Source of the DNA: a bacterium
Lineage (GTDB): Bacteria; UBA8248
DNA length: 64,000 nt
NCBI GenBank assembly: GCA_965203325.1
Contig: OZ241875.1
Coordinates: 4,224,001 to 4,288,000, forward strand
Direction of reading: 5' to 3'
Shown here: piece by piece, positions 1 through 10,172 of the stretch
Layout: each line of letters opens with the position of its first letter
Numbering within the stretch: the stretch's first letter is position 1
Position numbers and translations under genes: made by a program
The notes under the pieces: generated by a model
Databases searched by the model: none
Told to the model about the DNA's origin: nothing
The model's input: only the letters and a program-made list of their open reading frames with translations

Positions 1-762
1 GGCAGCCTGGTCGTCCTGATCATGCAGCTTGTCTTCTTCTCCGCCTGCCTGGTGGCGGTGGATTTCTCCCGAATATCGGTTTCGGTCCACTGGGTCGCTT
101 TTCTGGCGGCGGGGATTTCCTCGCCTACTTTGGCGTTGATGTTCCTGTTTCGCTCCATCCAGAGGATCGGCGTCGCCTCCACCAGCCCGGTCTCCAACAC
201 CCACCCCATTTTCGGGGCGTTCTGGGCGTTTCTGGTGCTGGGGGAACGCCCGCCCGCCGTCTTGTGGCTGGGTATCCTCGTCGTCGTGGCCGGTGTTTTC
301 TGCATGACGAGCGGAGGAGGTCCGCTCGCCAGAGGCCGCGTGCTGCTGTTGCCGGTCACCGCGGCGGCTTTCATGGGGCTCGCCCACACGTTCAGGAAAA
401 TGGGGCTGGGAGGCGTGGAATCCCTTGTTTTCGGGGGGTTTCTGCAATCCGTCTCGGCATGCGCCCTGGGTCCTTTGATCCTGAAGGCGGGCACCGGGTG
501 GAGGCCGTTCGTGTTCAACAGGCCCTCGCTCGGCAACTTCATCCTGGCGGGTCTCGCGATGGCGGCCGCCCAGTTGACGTTGATGGCCGCCCTGAGCATG
601 GGGGAGGTGTCGCGCGTGACGCCCATGGTGGCGACGGTGCCGCTTTTCATGCTCGTGCTCGCACCCTTGATACTCGGGGAGCGCGAGAGGATCACCCCGC
701 GTATCGTCCTGGGCGTGCTGATCACGGTGGCGGGGGTGATTCTGGTGACTTCGCTGCGCTAG
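1..762 (+). CDS. EamA/DMT family transporter (5'-partial)
   Basis: Frame open from base 1; multi-TM protein with two EamA-type halves ending LVLGERP and LILGERERITPRIVLG. Confidence 0.85.
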   Translation, partial: GSLVVLIMQLVFFSACLVAVDFSRISVSVHWVAFLAAGISSPTLALMFLFRSIQRIGVASTSPVSNTHPIFGAFWAFLVLGERPPAVLWLGILVVVAGVFCMTSGGGPLARGRVLLLPVTAAAFMGLAHTFRKMGLGGVESLVFGGFLQSVSACALGPLILKAGTGWRPFVFNRPSLGNFILAGLAMAAAQLTLMAALSMGEVSRVTPMVATVPLFMLVLAPLILGERERITPRIVLGVLITVAGVILVTSLR

Positions 763-1115
763 GCGCGATCCGGCCCGGTTTCGACGTAACGCCTTATCTT
801 TCAAATATATAAACTTTCAGAAATTTACCGGAAAACCCTGTTAATTTATCGGTATTTATCGTATTTTTCAGAAATTCCCCCCGCCGCCGGACGCGGCGAC
901 TCGCCCCGCGAGCATAGCCGATACCCGGGAGCGCGCATGACGGCAAATGCGGGGAAATGCGCGCCGGCGCGGACCCGCGCGTCCACGCCCGCGTTTTGTT
1001 TTCACCGTCGTTCCGGCGAATGACGGTGGAGACCGGAAGATTGGCCGAAGCCGGGGGGGGTGGAGATGCAGCGGCGTTCTCGAAAACGGCGAGGCGGATT
1101 TTCGGGGAGAGGCGC

Positions 1116-2090
1116 TCAGGCGGCGATTTCGAGATGGGGCGATTCCCCCAGGATGAGGGAGCGGAATTTTTCCAGAATGTGAGGATTTCGCCGGACGATC
1201 TCGAACAGCATCCCCAGGCTGAGGTGGTTGCCGAAATCATCGTCCCATTCCAACTGGTTCTTGCAGTTCTCCCTTGTCAACCGGAAGCGGGACCAGGAGA
1301 GTTTCCCGTCGGCTTGTTCATCCATCCCCACGATGAGTTCGTCTCCGTAAAACCAGATCCACATTTCCAAATCGTTGACGCGGACGGGTTCGACTTCGGG
1401 CCGCCCGCCCTTGAACCTGCCGAATGCGCCCACGCGGGCGAATGAGGGAACGTCGTCGCCGGTAACGCCGAGCTTATGGAGAATCTCCATCCCCAGTTCG
1501 AATGAAATCTCGGGGTCGTCGTTGTTGTGGGTGGAAAATTGTCCCACCACATCTTTCTCGCCCAAGTCGATTTTGAGCAGGGCGTATGGCTTCTCTCTCT
1601 TGAGAAACAGCCAGAACTTGAACTCGCCGGCTTCGGTTTGTTCCCAGTATCTTTCTGCGTCCTCGCGCTTTCCGACGCAGATTTCGAGAGTTTTTCCGAT
1701 GGCCATGAGCTTCTTGAGGGAGAGCACCTCTTCTAGCCGGAATTCCCCGCTGAGGGGGATGATTTTTGGGGCGGCTTCTGCTTCGGCGCGCCTCTCGCGG
1801 GCGTCGGTCAATGCCTTTTTAAGGTGGCTCACATTCTTGCAGGCTTCTTCGAAGGAATGGCGGCAGCTCTTGAGGAGTTTCCCGGCCCTGCGCCTCACGG
1901 CCTCGTCCTCATGCCCGGAGCACTTGAGAGCTTGCCGGATGGACCTGAGTGCGGTGCGCACGGTTCGCTCGCCGGTCTCTCCCTTCTCTTGCAGGTATGC
2001 GTCGAGCCCTTTCTTGAATTTTTCGAGGGGGAAATCCTCGCCTGCTTCTTTTTTCAGGCGGTTCCACTGCATCAGGCATTCGGCGTTCAT
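1116..2090 (-). CDS. Hypothetical protein with PcfJ-like domain
   Basis: ATG at 2090 after GGAG RBS; LKKLMAIGKTLEICVG...YW...VGQFSTHNN resembles the PcfJ motif. Confidence 0.55.
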   Translation of the reverse strand: MNAECLMQWNRLKKEAGEDFPLEKFKKGLDAYLQEKGETGERTVRTALRSIRQALKCSGHEDEAVRRRAGKLLKSCRHSFEEACKNVSHLKKALTDARERRAEAEAAPKIIPLSGEFRLEEVLSLKKLMAIGKTLEICVGKREDAERYWEQTEAGEFKFWLFLKREKPYALLKIDLGEKDVVGQFSTHNNDDPEISFELGMEILHKLGVTGDDVPSFARVGAFGRFKGGRPEVEPVRVNDLEMWIWFYGDELIVGMDEQADGKLSWSRFRLTRENCKNQLEWDDDFGNHLSLGMLFEIVRRNPHILEKFRSLILGESPHLEIAA

Positions 2091-2133
2091 GTTTTCTCCT
2101 TCTTCATCAACCCGGTTGAAAGAAAACGCGGCT

Positions 2134-2307
2134 TTACGATTTGAACCAGCCCTTCTTCTCGGGCTTTGGCGGAGGAGGTGGGGGAGGATATGCCCGCTCC
2201 AGAGCGTCGGCAATTCTTTCCAGCGAATTACTGATCTCGAGAAATTTGCTAAATGCCGCAATAATTACTCCCTTTTCCACAGTGGTAAAGATGGAATCAT
2301 TTGCCAT
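2134..2307 (-). CDS. Small hypothetical protein with poly-Pro tract and KKGWFKS end
   Basis: ATG at 2307; MANDSIF...LERIADALERAYPPPPPPPKPEKKGWFKS. Confidence 0.5.
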   Translation of the reverse strand: MANDSIFTTVEKGVIIAAFSKFLEISNSLERIADALERAYPPPPPPPKPEKKGWFKS

Positions 2308-2469
2308 CGTTTCATCCTTTCCTGGCTGTATAGTTTGCGCGATACGCCACGAGTCCGTAACGCAACCATGCCCTGTCTTCATGTTCGAGTCCTTCCCGAA
2401 ACCAATCCTTCACCATCTTATTGACCCATTTCATCGCGTCATTATGAATTTTGTTCTGTTTCGTTTCAC

Positions 2470-3450
2470 TCATTTTTCAAATTGGCTCTCCTGTTCGTCC
2501 GCCTCGTCTTCCGGGCCGGTTTCGCCGCTCAACATTTTCCCGAGTTTCACGGCGGCGGCGATCATTTCCTCGCAGGCGGCCCATTGATCGTCCGTGATCT
2601 GCGCCTCCAGCCAATTCAGGCGCTCACGTGTCGCGTCTTCGCCCTCGCCGCGCAGGCGCTTGGGGATCTGGCCGAGGCGCGCGTGCCCGTGGGAGAGGAC
2701 CCACCCGGCGCGCCGTGAGCCGCCGGTGATGCGCGCTCGGCTCTCGGGGAAAAGATAGCCCCTGCAGCTGATGTCGGGGTCGAACTCGACGTCGGCGGGG
2801 TCGAGCGCGCCGTTGCCGGCTTCCAGGTTTTCAGCCAGTCGCTTCAGGAAATTGGAGAAGGGGTTCCCGTTTTCCCGATACGCCTCCCAGCGGGGGTCGT
2901 CCCACTCGAGGTTTCCGGGGTGGCGGAACAGGTCGCGCCTCCCGATGGATTCCTCCTCCTCCTCATATGCCCACCCGGAGTCTGCGAGATGCTCGGGCAG
3001 GGCGCGGTTGAATTCTTCGAGGACGTCTCTGGCTTCCTCGACACGGCGGCGGCGCTCGGCGAGGCTCAATTCGGCGAGGAGGGTGAAGAGCATGGGGGCC
3101 TCCTCGATGAGTCTGTGCACCTCCACCCCGTAGTGTTCCTCCACCATGTCGTAGGCGAGGGCGGTTTCGCTGTCCAAGTGAACCCTGGGGCCTGAGGCTC
3201 TCGAAGCGGAATGGATTCGGGCTTCTTCCCGCACGAGTTCGGATTCAGGAGCCTCGGCCAGAATTCGGGGGTTTGAGAGTCCGAGAGCGCCGGCGATGAG
3301 CCTCACGGTGGCCCCGTGGGATTCGCCTGCATATCCGCCCTCGATGCGGCCGATGGTCTTCTTGTCGACTTTCGCCCTGTCGGCCAGTTCCTGCTGGCTC
3401 AAATTCCTGATTTTGCGCAGCATTTTCAGTGTTTCGGGTTGTATCTTCAT
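2470..3450 (-). CDS. XRE-family HTH transcriptional regulator with long C-terminal domain
   Basis: N-terminal LKMLRKIRNLSQQELADRAKVDKKTIGRIEGG is a canonical HTH_XRE; likely start MKIQP at 3450. Confidence 0.8.
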   Translation of the reverse strand: MKIQPETLKMLRKIRNLSQQELADRAKVDKKTIGRIEGGYAGESHGATVRLIAGALGLSNPRILAEAPESELVREEARIHSASRASGPRVHLDSETALAYDMVEEHYGVEVHRLIEEAPMLFTLLAELSLAERRRRVEEARDVLEEFNRALPEHLADSGWAYEEEEESIGRRDLFRHPGNLEWDDPRWEAYRENGNPFSNFLKRLAENLEAGNGALDPADVEFDPDISCRGYLFPESRARITGGSRRAGWVLSHGHARLGQIPKRLRGEGEDATRERLNWLEAQITDDQWAACEEMIAAAVKLGKMLSGETGPEDEADEQESQFEK

Positions 3451-4090
3451 CGTAATGAGCCTCGTGTGCGGAAGGTTGGTGTTCTCCGTGTTGCAGGTAA
3501 AGATAATCCTTTGCAATGAGGACATCAAGAGGAATATTGGGGGAATATGTATATCAATAAAGAGATATTCAGTATATTTTAGTGATAATGTCCCTGATAT
3601 AGGGTGTTGTAGGGTTTTGAGAGGATTGCACGGGAGATTCGGGTCGAAGCCGAAGGGGAGAGTAGTGATTTTCACCTTTGCTCGTCTTAGAGACAAGAGC
3701 AGTTTCGGGCATTTTCGATTGTCCTGTAAGGTGCTGTTATTAGCTTAGTTAACAGGTTGCCATGAATCTTCCCTGGCAGGCCCGTAATCAAAACGAAAGC
3801 GGGTTCATTACAACTCCAGAGCAACCCGGCGCGCGGGGGTCGTCGGACCTCAGGCCCGTATGAAGATGCAAGGACCGGTCCGAATCGATTACGCGAGCTT
3901 GAAAGTTTTCCGTTCGAGTACCGTTTTCCCGATCCCGTATCGATGACCGTATGTGGACGTACATGGACACCAGCATAGGACATAGAGATGCGGTGACCGG
4001 CATATCACCGCACTCGGCGAGTCGATACGGACGAGCGTGGCATGATAGAACTTATGGCCCGTGATCGGGAGCGAGTGAATCAGGGACAAC

Positions 4091-5140
4091 ATGAGGGATT
4101 CGTCAGCCATGGTCGTGCCGAAAAACGAGGGGAGGGTATGCGATGCAGTCGTCAGGACCCTCGAAAAATGGACACTCGAGACGCGCTCGGATGTCCGCCG
4201 TCCCGACAAGGAGGGAGGCATTCCTCCCGTCGACCTCCGTGTGAAGATCGGCTCCCGGGAATATGCGATCGAGCACACCCGGATCGAGTCGGTTGAAAAT
4301 CAGATTACGACCGTGTTTGTCGCGAGACGGATCACTGAGCACATCAAAAAAACTATCCCGGAGCCTTTTTCAAGCCCGGCCTACTACGAACTGCAATTCC
4401 CGGTCGACGTTTCCCTGCCCAAAGGCCGAGTCAAAAGAGAACGAGCACTTGGTGCTCTCGTCGAATGGCTCCGAGCGAGCGAGAAAATCCTGCGCGAGCG
4501 GAGCTCCGACCACATCTTATTGGTCCGCGATCCTTCTTGGTCCGATGATCGCATCCAGGGAACCCCGCCGGGATTTGACTGTGAATTCGAACTGCTGCGA
4601 TGGCGGAGTGCACGACTCGTGCAACGAAAGCCGGGATCACTTTCGTTCAGATTCATTCCTCCGGACAATCTGGAAAGCCCGCGTTTGGAGAGTCTCCGGC
4701 ATGCCTTTTCCAGGAAATGCCCCAAGCTTGAGGACTGCAAGGCGGATGGCGCACGTACCGTTCTGGTTTTGGAAAGCGGTGATCCGGGCCTTACGAGCTT
4801 CGAGTTCCGCGGAGACCTTCTCCCTTCGCTGCTATCGGCGTGCACAAATGCGCCAGACGAGATCTTCCTGGTGGAAACCCGCAGTGAACATTGGTCGGTG
4901 CAGCTGCTCAAGCGCGACGGGGCTCATTGGCCTGACACCGGAATGCCCGAAATGGGCGTCTCCTACTACGACCCCGATCCATCGTCCCTGCCGGGTATAC
5001 CCGAATGGCTTGCCGGCATCCCCCAATGGATGCGCGATGCCATGCAGTACGACCGCATGTATACGCCCTTCTTGTCGGGGTGGGCTCCCAAAACCTTCGA
5101 GAAAGGCGAATTGTCCGATCTGACGGCAACACCGGCGTAA
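4091..5140 (+). CDS. Hypothetical protein, possible PD-(D/E)xK-like nuclease fold
   Basis: 349-aa ORF; PPVDLRVKIGSREYAIEHTRIE resembles a D...ExT restriction-like motif. Confidence 0.55.
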   Translation: MRDSSAMVVPKNEGRVCDAVVRTLEKWTLETRSDVRRPDKEGGIPPVDLRVKIGSREYAIEHTRIESVENQITTVFVARRITEHIKKTIPEPFSSPAYYELQFPVDVSLPKGRVKRERALGALVEWLRASEKILRERSSDHILLVRDPSWSDDRIQGTPPGFDCEFELLRWRSARLVQRKPGSLSFRFIPPDNLESPRLESLRHAFSRKCPKLEDCKADGARTVLVLESGDPGLTSFEFRGDLLPSLLSACTNAPDEIFLVETRSEHWSVQLLKRDGAHWPDTGMPEMGVSYYDPDPSSLPGIPEWLAGIPQWMRDAMQYDRMYTPFLSGWAPKTFEKGELSDLTATPA

Positions 5141-5720
5141 CCACCATGCCCGAACAATCATCGAAAGACGTGTAAGGGAAAACGGTCAATCAGACAGGAT
5201 CGGGAAAATCCGGGCCGTTGGCATACAATCCACGAAGGAATGTCCGCCTGTTTCGGCTTGGCCGTATTGTATTTGGCGGACGACCCGGAACATCAGCATA
5301 CGATGCGATAAAAACGAATGAAACAAGGGAATCGGCGCCGTTTCGACCTGCGGACGGGCAGCGCGCAGCGCCTTGCCGCGGCCGGGGCTTCTCCGGTCGA
5401 GATGCAACTCGCCGGGCGCCGCCAATCGCCGGTCATGCCGGAGCGCCATTCGCAGGGACGGCTCGCGAAACAGCCCACTGCGGCGTGAACGAAAGAGGCT
5501 TTCGAGCTCTCGCCCGGGGGGCGGCGTCCTTCCTTTTTTTCCGTAGCGCCTCGCTGCACGTTCCCCGGCGACCTTCGTTTTCCGGAAAACCCCCTTGATT
5601 TCAGGTTGAATCGATGAGCGACCCGCTCGCGGACGCGGTCGCGGACTCTTCCCGGGTGTACCTTTCGCGCTAGAAACAACGATTGAACGGGCGCTCGCAC
5701 TTTCCTTATGTTCGCGCGCC

Positions 5721-6440
5721 ATGACCGCGTTCGACGACGATACCGGCACCCCGCTGGACGAGCGGCTGCGCCGGAGCATTGCGCTCTGGCGCGCGCGCCG
5801 CGGGATGAGCGCGAGGCGCTTCGGGGTGGGCGCGCTGGGCATTCCCGGCTTCGTGGGACTGCACGCCCGGGGGCGGCCCCTGCGGGTCGACACGGCGGAC
5901 CGGGTGCTCGCGTTCATGGGGTATCCGCCCCTGGGACCGCTCCTGCGGGCCGAGGTCGAGGCGTTTCTCGCGGTGAGCGGGACGAAGGTCTCGATCCTGG
6001 GCGAGGAGACCGTGGGGAATCCCTCCTTCGTAGGAAGGCTGCGCCGGGGCGCCTCGCCGTATCTCAAGACCTTCGACCGGGTGCGCGCCTGGATGGCGGC
6101 CAACGCGACGGGAGAGGAGGTCCGCGCCATACGCGAGAGGCTCGCGGACTTGCCCGATCCGTTCGACGGGACGTGGGACGCCGCCGGGGAACCCGGGGCC
6201 GCGGGAGACGTCGATGAACTTGCGGAGGAGAACCACCTAGACACGCGGGAGGCGGCCGCCTGGCTCGGCCTCTCGCCCAAGACGCTCGAGCGCTACCGCG
6301 TGAGCGGAGAGGGGCCGGATTTTCTTCGCACCGGATACCGGGTGCGCTACCTGCTCGAAGACCTCGAGAAGTGGGCCTCCGCCCGGAGGTGGACTTCCAC
6401 GTCCGAGGAGAGAGCCGCCCGGAGAAAGAAGAGGCGGTAG
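5721..6440 (+). CDS. Excisionase/HTH_17 domain protein with two N-terminal HTH-like repeats
   Basis: C-terminal LDTREAAAWLGLSPKTLERYRVSGEGPDFLRTGYRVRYLLEDLEKW; duplicated GxPxFVG(R)LxxG...TxDRVxA(F/W)M units. Confidence 0.75.
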   Translation: MTAFDDDTGTPLDERLRRSIALWRARRGMSARRFGVGALGIPGFVGLHARGRPLRVDTADRVLAFMGYPPLGPLLRAEVEAFLAVSGTKVSILGEETVGNPSFVGRLRRGASPYLKTFDRVRAWMAANATGEEVRAIRERLADLPDPFDGTWDAAGEPGAAGDVDELAEENHLDTREAAAWLGLSPKTLERYRVSGEGPDFLRTGYRVRYLLEDLEKWASARRWTSTSEERAARRKKRR

Positions 6441-6845
6441 AGAGATATTCGAGAGAAGACGGGCGTCCTGCACACTGCGGACCTGCCCGGAGCGAAGGAC
6501 ATGCTCACGACGAAACGCCGGGCGGACCTCACCGCCCGTAGCGCAGCCTCGCCATCGCGGCCACGGCCGCCGAGTGCCCCCCCTCGTAGAGATCCCCCCA
6601 GGTACGCCGCTATCCCGGCGTCGATCTCTGGGTTGCCCGAACGCTCGAATCCCCTAAGCGTCGGGTCGGATGGTCTTGCCCCCGTCGTTATGCCGAGAAG
6701 CCAACCTTCCGGGTCGGTGGTCGTGTCCATTCCCTGGGGCCGCCCGAGCGCCTCCTCGATTGCCAAGTATGGACGACGACGGGGAATTTCCACAAAAAAA
6801 AGCCGTTTCGCAAGCGAATACCGGCGAAACGGCGGGTTTCTGGAG

Positions 6846-7046
6846 TCCGATAATTGACGTTATCAGAAAATTTAACACCTCTCACGGCCATGTCAAGCAC
6901 GAATCCGGGGTCCCCGGAGGGGTTTCGGGTGCCGTTTTGCGTCTTTTTTCGCTCATGTTTCGCTCATTTGCAGCCCGAATGCCCCCCGAAACGGGTTTTT
7001 CGGCGGAAAACGGGGCTTCTGGGGGCCGATAACGTCAATTAGCGGA
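6846..7046. promoter_or_regulatory. Inverted-repeat-bounded segment containing a minus-strand sigma70-like promoter
   Basis: TAATTGACGTTATC (6851-6864) and its exact reverse complement (7028-7041); inside, minus strand TTGACA-16 nt-TAAATT with an extended -10 TG (6869-6896). Confidence 0.6.
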
Positions 7047-7158
7047 CACCAGCCCGGGTTCGAGGCGGCGCATACCGCAGGAATCCGCCTCTCGCGGAAA
7101 GACTCACGACCGGTTGCGTCAGCTTGAACCCGAAATCTCTGAACAGGGGGCATTCCAA

Positions 7159-10158
7159 ATGAAGAACATTGCACGGATCTCGATGCTGCCGGCGGCGGCG
7201 TTCTGCAGCGCGGTCCGGCGGCGTGAAGTGCGCCCGGCCGGGGCGCGCGAGCCGGCTCCCTCGACATCGGCGGGCTCCAGACGGCCTGACGCCCGCACCG
7301 GGCGCGGCCGCGCCCGCCGCCTCTCCCTCCTCCTCCCCGTCCTCGCGCTGCTGCTCGGCGCGCTCGGCCTGTTCGCCCCCGCGCCGGCGGAGGCGCAACG
7401 CGCCGGCCCGACTGTGACGGCAACCGCCGGGGACGCGAGCGTCAGGGTGAACTGGACCTTCACCGACACCGATCCCGCAGACTGGGAAATCGAGTACGGC
7501 GTGCATCCCAGCGGCTCGACCTCCACGGTGACGGAGTTTTCTTCGGGCGCCAGGTCGAGGACGATTACGGGCCTGACGAACGCTACGACCTACCGGTTTC
7601 GCGTGCGGGGAATAAACGCAAGACCCACCCAGTGGTCGGGCTGGGTCACGGCGACCCCGCAGGCCGCGACCCCCGGCGACCCCACGGGCGTGACGGTGAC
7701 GCCGGGGAATGCGCAGCTGTCGGTGTCGTGGACGGCGCCGTCGGGGACGGTGACGGGCTACGACGTGCACTACACGTCCTCGTCGACGGTTGCGGCGGGC
7801 GCGACGGTGCAGACCGTCTCGGCCGCGGCCGGCTGGCTGGCGCACCCCACCCGCACCGCCACCGACACCTCGACCTCGCAGACGATCTCGAGCCTGATGA
7901 ACGGCACGCCCTACCGGGTGCGGGTGCGGGCGAAGAACACCGCCGGCGACAGCGCCTGGGTGGTGAAGAGCGGCACGCCCAGCGCGCCCTCCGCCACGGC
8001 CGTCTGGTCGGCGACGCTTACGCCGCAGACGGTTACCGGTGGCGTTGGCTGTCTCACCAAGTCCCAATGCGATTCGCGACTCACCGACAACAGCTTCACA
8101 GTCGGCGGGACGGACTATCACTTTACTTTTCTCGTGGACTTCTCCGCCACGGGCCTTCAAGCGGCCTTCAATGCGGTTCCGAACGCTACGCTCCGGGCGC
8201 TCAAGTTTTGCGTGGGCACGACGGGGTATGAGATTGGCGCAGGGATTAGTCAGGCACTCTCCGCGTCCGCCATCGGCTGGTCCGCCGGCACCCCGGTCTC
8301 GCTGAGCATCGACACGTCCTGCACGGCGCAGATGACGCAATCCACGAACGCGAACCTGAGCGGTCTGACGGTGGGCAGCAGCACGAGTTCGGGCGGCCAG
8401 TACACGGATTTCAGCATCGGCACCTTCGGGGCGACGACGACGACCTACACGGCGTCGGTGGCGAACGACCAGACGCATGTGAAGCTGACGCCGACGGTGG
8501 CGGACACCGGCAAGGCGACGGTCGGGGTGCGCAAGGGCCAGGGCAGTTTCACGGCGGTGACGAGCGGCTCGGCGAGTTCGGCGATCGCGCTCGACGTGGG
8601 CGCGAACACGCTCACGGTGCGGGTGACGGCCGAGGACACGACGACGACCAAGGACTACACGGTCACCGTCACGCGGCGGCAGGCGCAGCAGACCCTGTCC
8701 ACGAACGCGGACCTGAGCGGCCTGACGGCGGGCAGCGCCACGAGTTCGACCGGCACGTTCACGAATTTCAGCATCGGCACCTTCGCGGCGACGACGACGA
8801 GCTACTCAGCGTCGGTGGCGAACGACCGGACGCATGTGAAGCTGACGCCGACGGTGGCGGACACCGGCAAGGCGACGGTGACGGTGGCCGGCAACGCGGT
8901 GAACAGCGGCTCGGCCAGCGGCCCCATCGCGCTTAGCGTGGGGGCCAACGCGATCACGGTGCGGGTGACGGCCGAGGACACGACGACGACCAAGGACTAC
9001 ACCGTCACCGTCACGCGGCAGGCGCTCCCGGCGAAGGTGACGACCGCCGTCTCCGGCACCATGACGGTCGGAGACGGAGGGAGCTGGAAGGGCTTTCGAG
9101 CCACACCAGTTGTTGGAGCGCTCTCTGACGCCGACTTCACCTACGGCGGGGTCGATTACAGGATCCTCGGTCTCCGGCTCGGAAACTCCGGCTATCTCGC
9201 CTTGCACCTGAACAAGGCCCTGGACCGCAATTGGGGCCTTGTGCTGAACGTTGGCGACAGCCGGTTCCGTATCGCGGATGCCGTTCTGTCCACGGGCCCG
9301 GGCTACGAGGGTGTAATAGCGGGCTGGTTCTATTCCAACCAGGGCGAAACGCCCCCGAGCTGGACCGTCGGCGACACCGTGCCGGTGAGCCTGGGGACGC
9401 TCACTTCCTCCACGGTGAAGCTCTCCGTCAGCCCGAACCCGGTGAACGAGGGCGCGTCGGCGAGCGTGGAGGCGTGCCTGTCGGCGGTGCCGCAGGGCAC
9501 CGTGCGCATTCCGGTGACGCTGAGCCACGGGACCTCGGAGGACGGCGACTGGGGGGTGTCGCTGACGGGCGACACGGACGGCCGCCTGCCGATCAGCACG
9601 GCGTACACCATCGCCATCAGCGGCTGGCTCCAGCGCGGCTGCGGCGTCGTCAACATCCCGACGCACCCGGACAGCGACGCCGACGACGAGACCTTCACGG
9701 TGGCGCTGGACACGGCCAGCCTGCCGCCGGGGGTGCGGGCGGGCAGCCCGGCCTCGGTGGTGGTGAGGATCAAGGACCTCACCGACTTGCCGGAGGTGAC
9801 GCTGCGGGCGGTGCGCCGCACGGTGGCCGAGGGTTCGCCGGTGGAGTTGCAGGTGGCCCTGACGGAGCCGCTGGCGACCGACGTGGCGATCCCGCTCAGG
9901 GTGAGGTGGGTCACGTCGGAGACGGCCGACCACGGGTTCGTCAGGAGCATCACGATCGCCGCCGGCGCGACGAGCGGGTCGGGCACGATCAGGACCTACG
10001 AGGACGACGACACGGACGACGAGCGCTTCCAGGTAGCGGTGATCCAGCCGGACCTGCCGGAGGGCGTGGCGCCGGGCTCACCGTCCACGGTCGGGATCAC
10101 GATCGTCGACGCGGCGAACGCCCGGCTGCGGGCGCTTGACTTGAATTCCGGCAATTAA
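7159..10158 (+). CDS. Secreted adhesin-like protein: 2x fibronectin III, 2x cadherin-like beta-sandwich, Calx-beta-like domains
   Basis: Signal ...LLLPVLALLLGALGLFAPAPAEA-Q; Fn3 motifs (ITGLTNATTYRFRVRG; LMNGTPYRVRVRA); STNA(N/D)LSGLT...KDYTVTVTR repeats; DSDADDETFTVAL and DDDTDDERFQVAV. Confidence 0.85.
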   Translation: MKNIARISMLPAAAFCSAVRRREVRPAGAREPAPSTSAGSRRPDARTGRGRARRLSLLLPVLALLLGALGLFAPAPAEAQRAGPTVTATAGDASVRVNWTFTDTDPADWEIEYGVHPSGSTSTVTEFSSGARSRTITGLTNATTYRFRVRGINARPTQWSGWVTATPQAATPGDPTGVTVTPGNAQLSVSWTAPSGTVTGYDVHYTSSSTVAAGATVQTVSAAAGWLAHPTRTATDTSTSQTISSLMNGTPYRVRVRAKNTAGDSAWVVKSGTPSAPSATAVWSATLTPQTVTGGVGCLTKSQCDSRLTDNSFTVGGTDYHFTFLVDFSATGLQAAFNAVPNATLRALKFCVGTTGYEIGAGISQALSASAIGWSAGTPVSLSIDTSCTAQMTQSTNANLSGLTVGSSTSSGGQYTDFSIGTFGATTTTYTASVANDQTHVKLTPTVADTGKATVGVRKGQGSFTAVTSGSASSAIALDVGANTLTVRVTAEDTTTTKDYTVTVTRRQAQQTLSTNADLSGLTAGSATSSTGTFTNFSIGTFAATTTSYSASVANDRTHVKLTPTVADTGKATVTVAGNAVNSGSASGPIALSVGANAITVRVTAEDTTTTKDYTVTVTRQALPAKVTTAVSGTMTVGDGGSWKGFRATPVVGALSDADFTYGGVDYRILGLRLGNSGYLALHLNKALDRNWGLVLNVGDSRFRIADAVLSTGPGYEGVIAGWFYSNQGETPPSWTVGDTVPVSLGTLTSSTVKLSVSPNPVNEGASASVEACLSAVPQGTVRIPVTLSHGTSEDGDWGVSLTGDTDGRLPISTAYTIAISGWLQRGCGVVNIPTHPDSDADDETFTVALDTASLPPGVRAGSPASVVVRIKDLTDLPEVTLRAVRRTVAEGSPVELQVALTEPLATDVAIPLRVRWVTSETADHGFVRSITIAAGATSGSGTIRTYEDDDTDDERFQVAVIQPDLPEGVAPGSPSTVGITIVDAANARLRALDLNSGN
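8341..9020 (+). repeat. Near-identical tandem duplication of a cadherin-like domain inside the adhesin
   Basis: 8341-8670 and 8698-9020 share long identical stretches (e.g. GACGCATGTGAAGCTGACGCCGACGGTGGCGGACACCGGCAAGGCGACGGT). Confidence 0.9.
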
Positions 10159-10172
10159 GGGGGGCATGTCCG

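Noticed and set aside
767..785. CGGCCCGG shared with about 50112 as a possible outer att repeat
   Set aside because: 8-bp GC-only match, expected by chance here
6347..6793. Minus-strand 148-aa ORF downstream of the leftward promoter
   Set aside because: No recognisable motif and overlaps the xis-like gene; left uncalled, though it could explain that promoter if real
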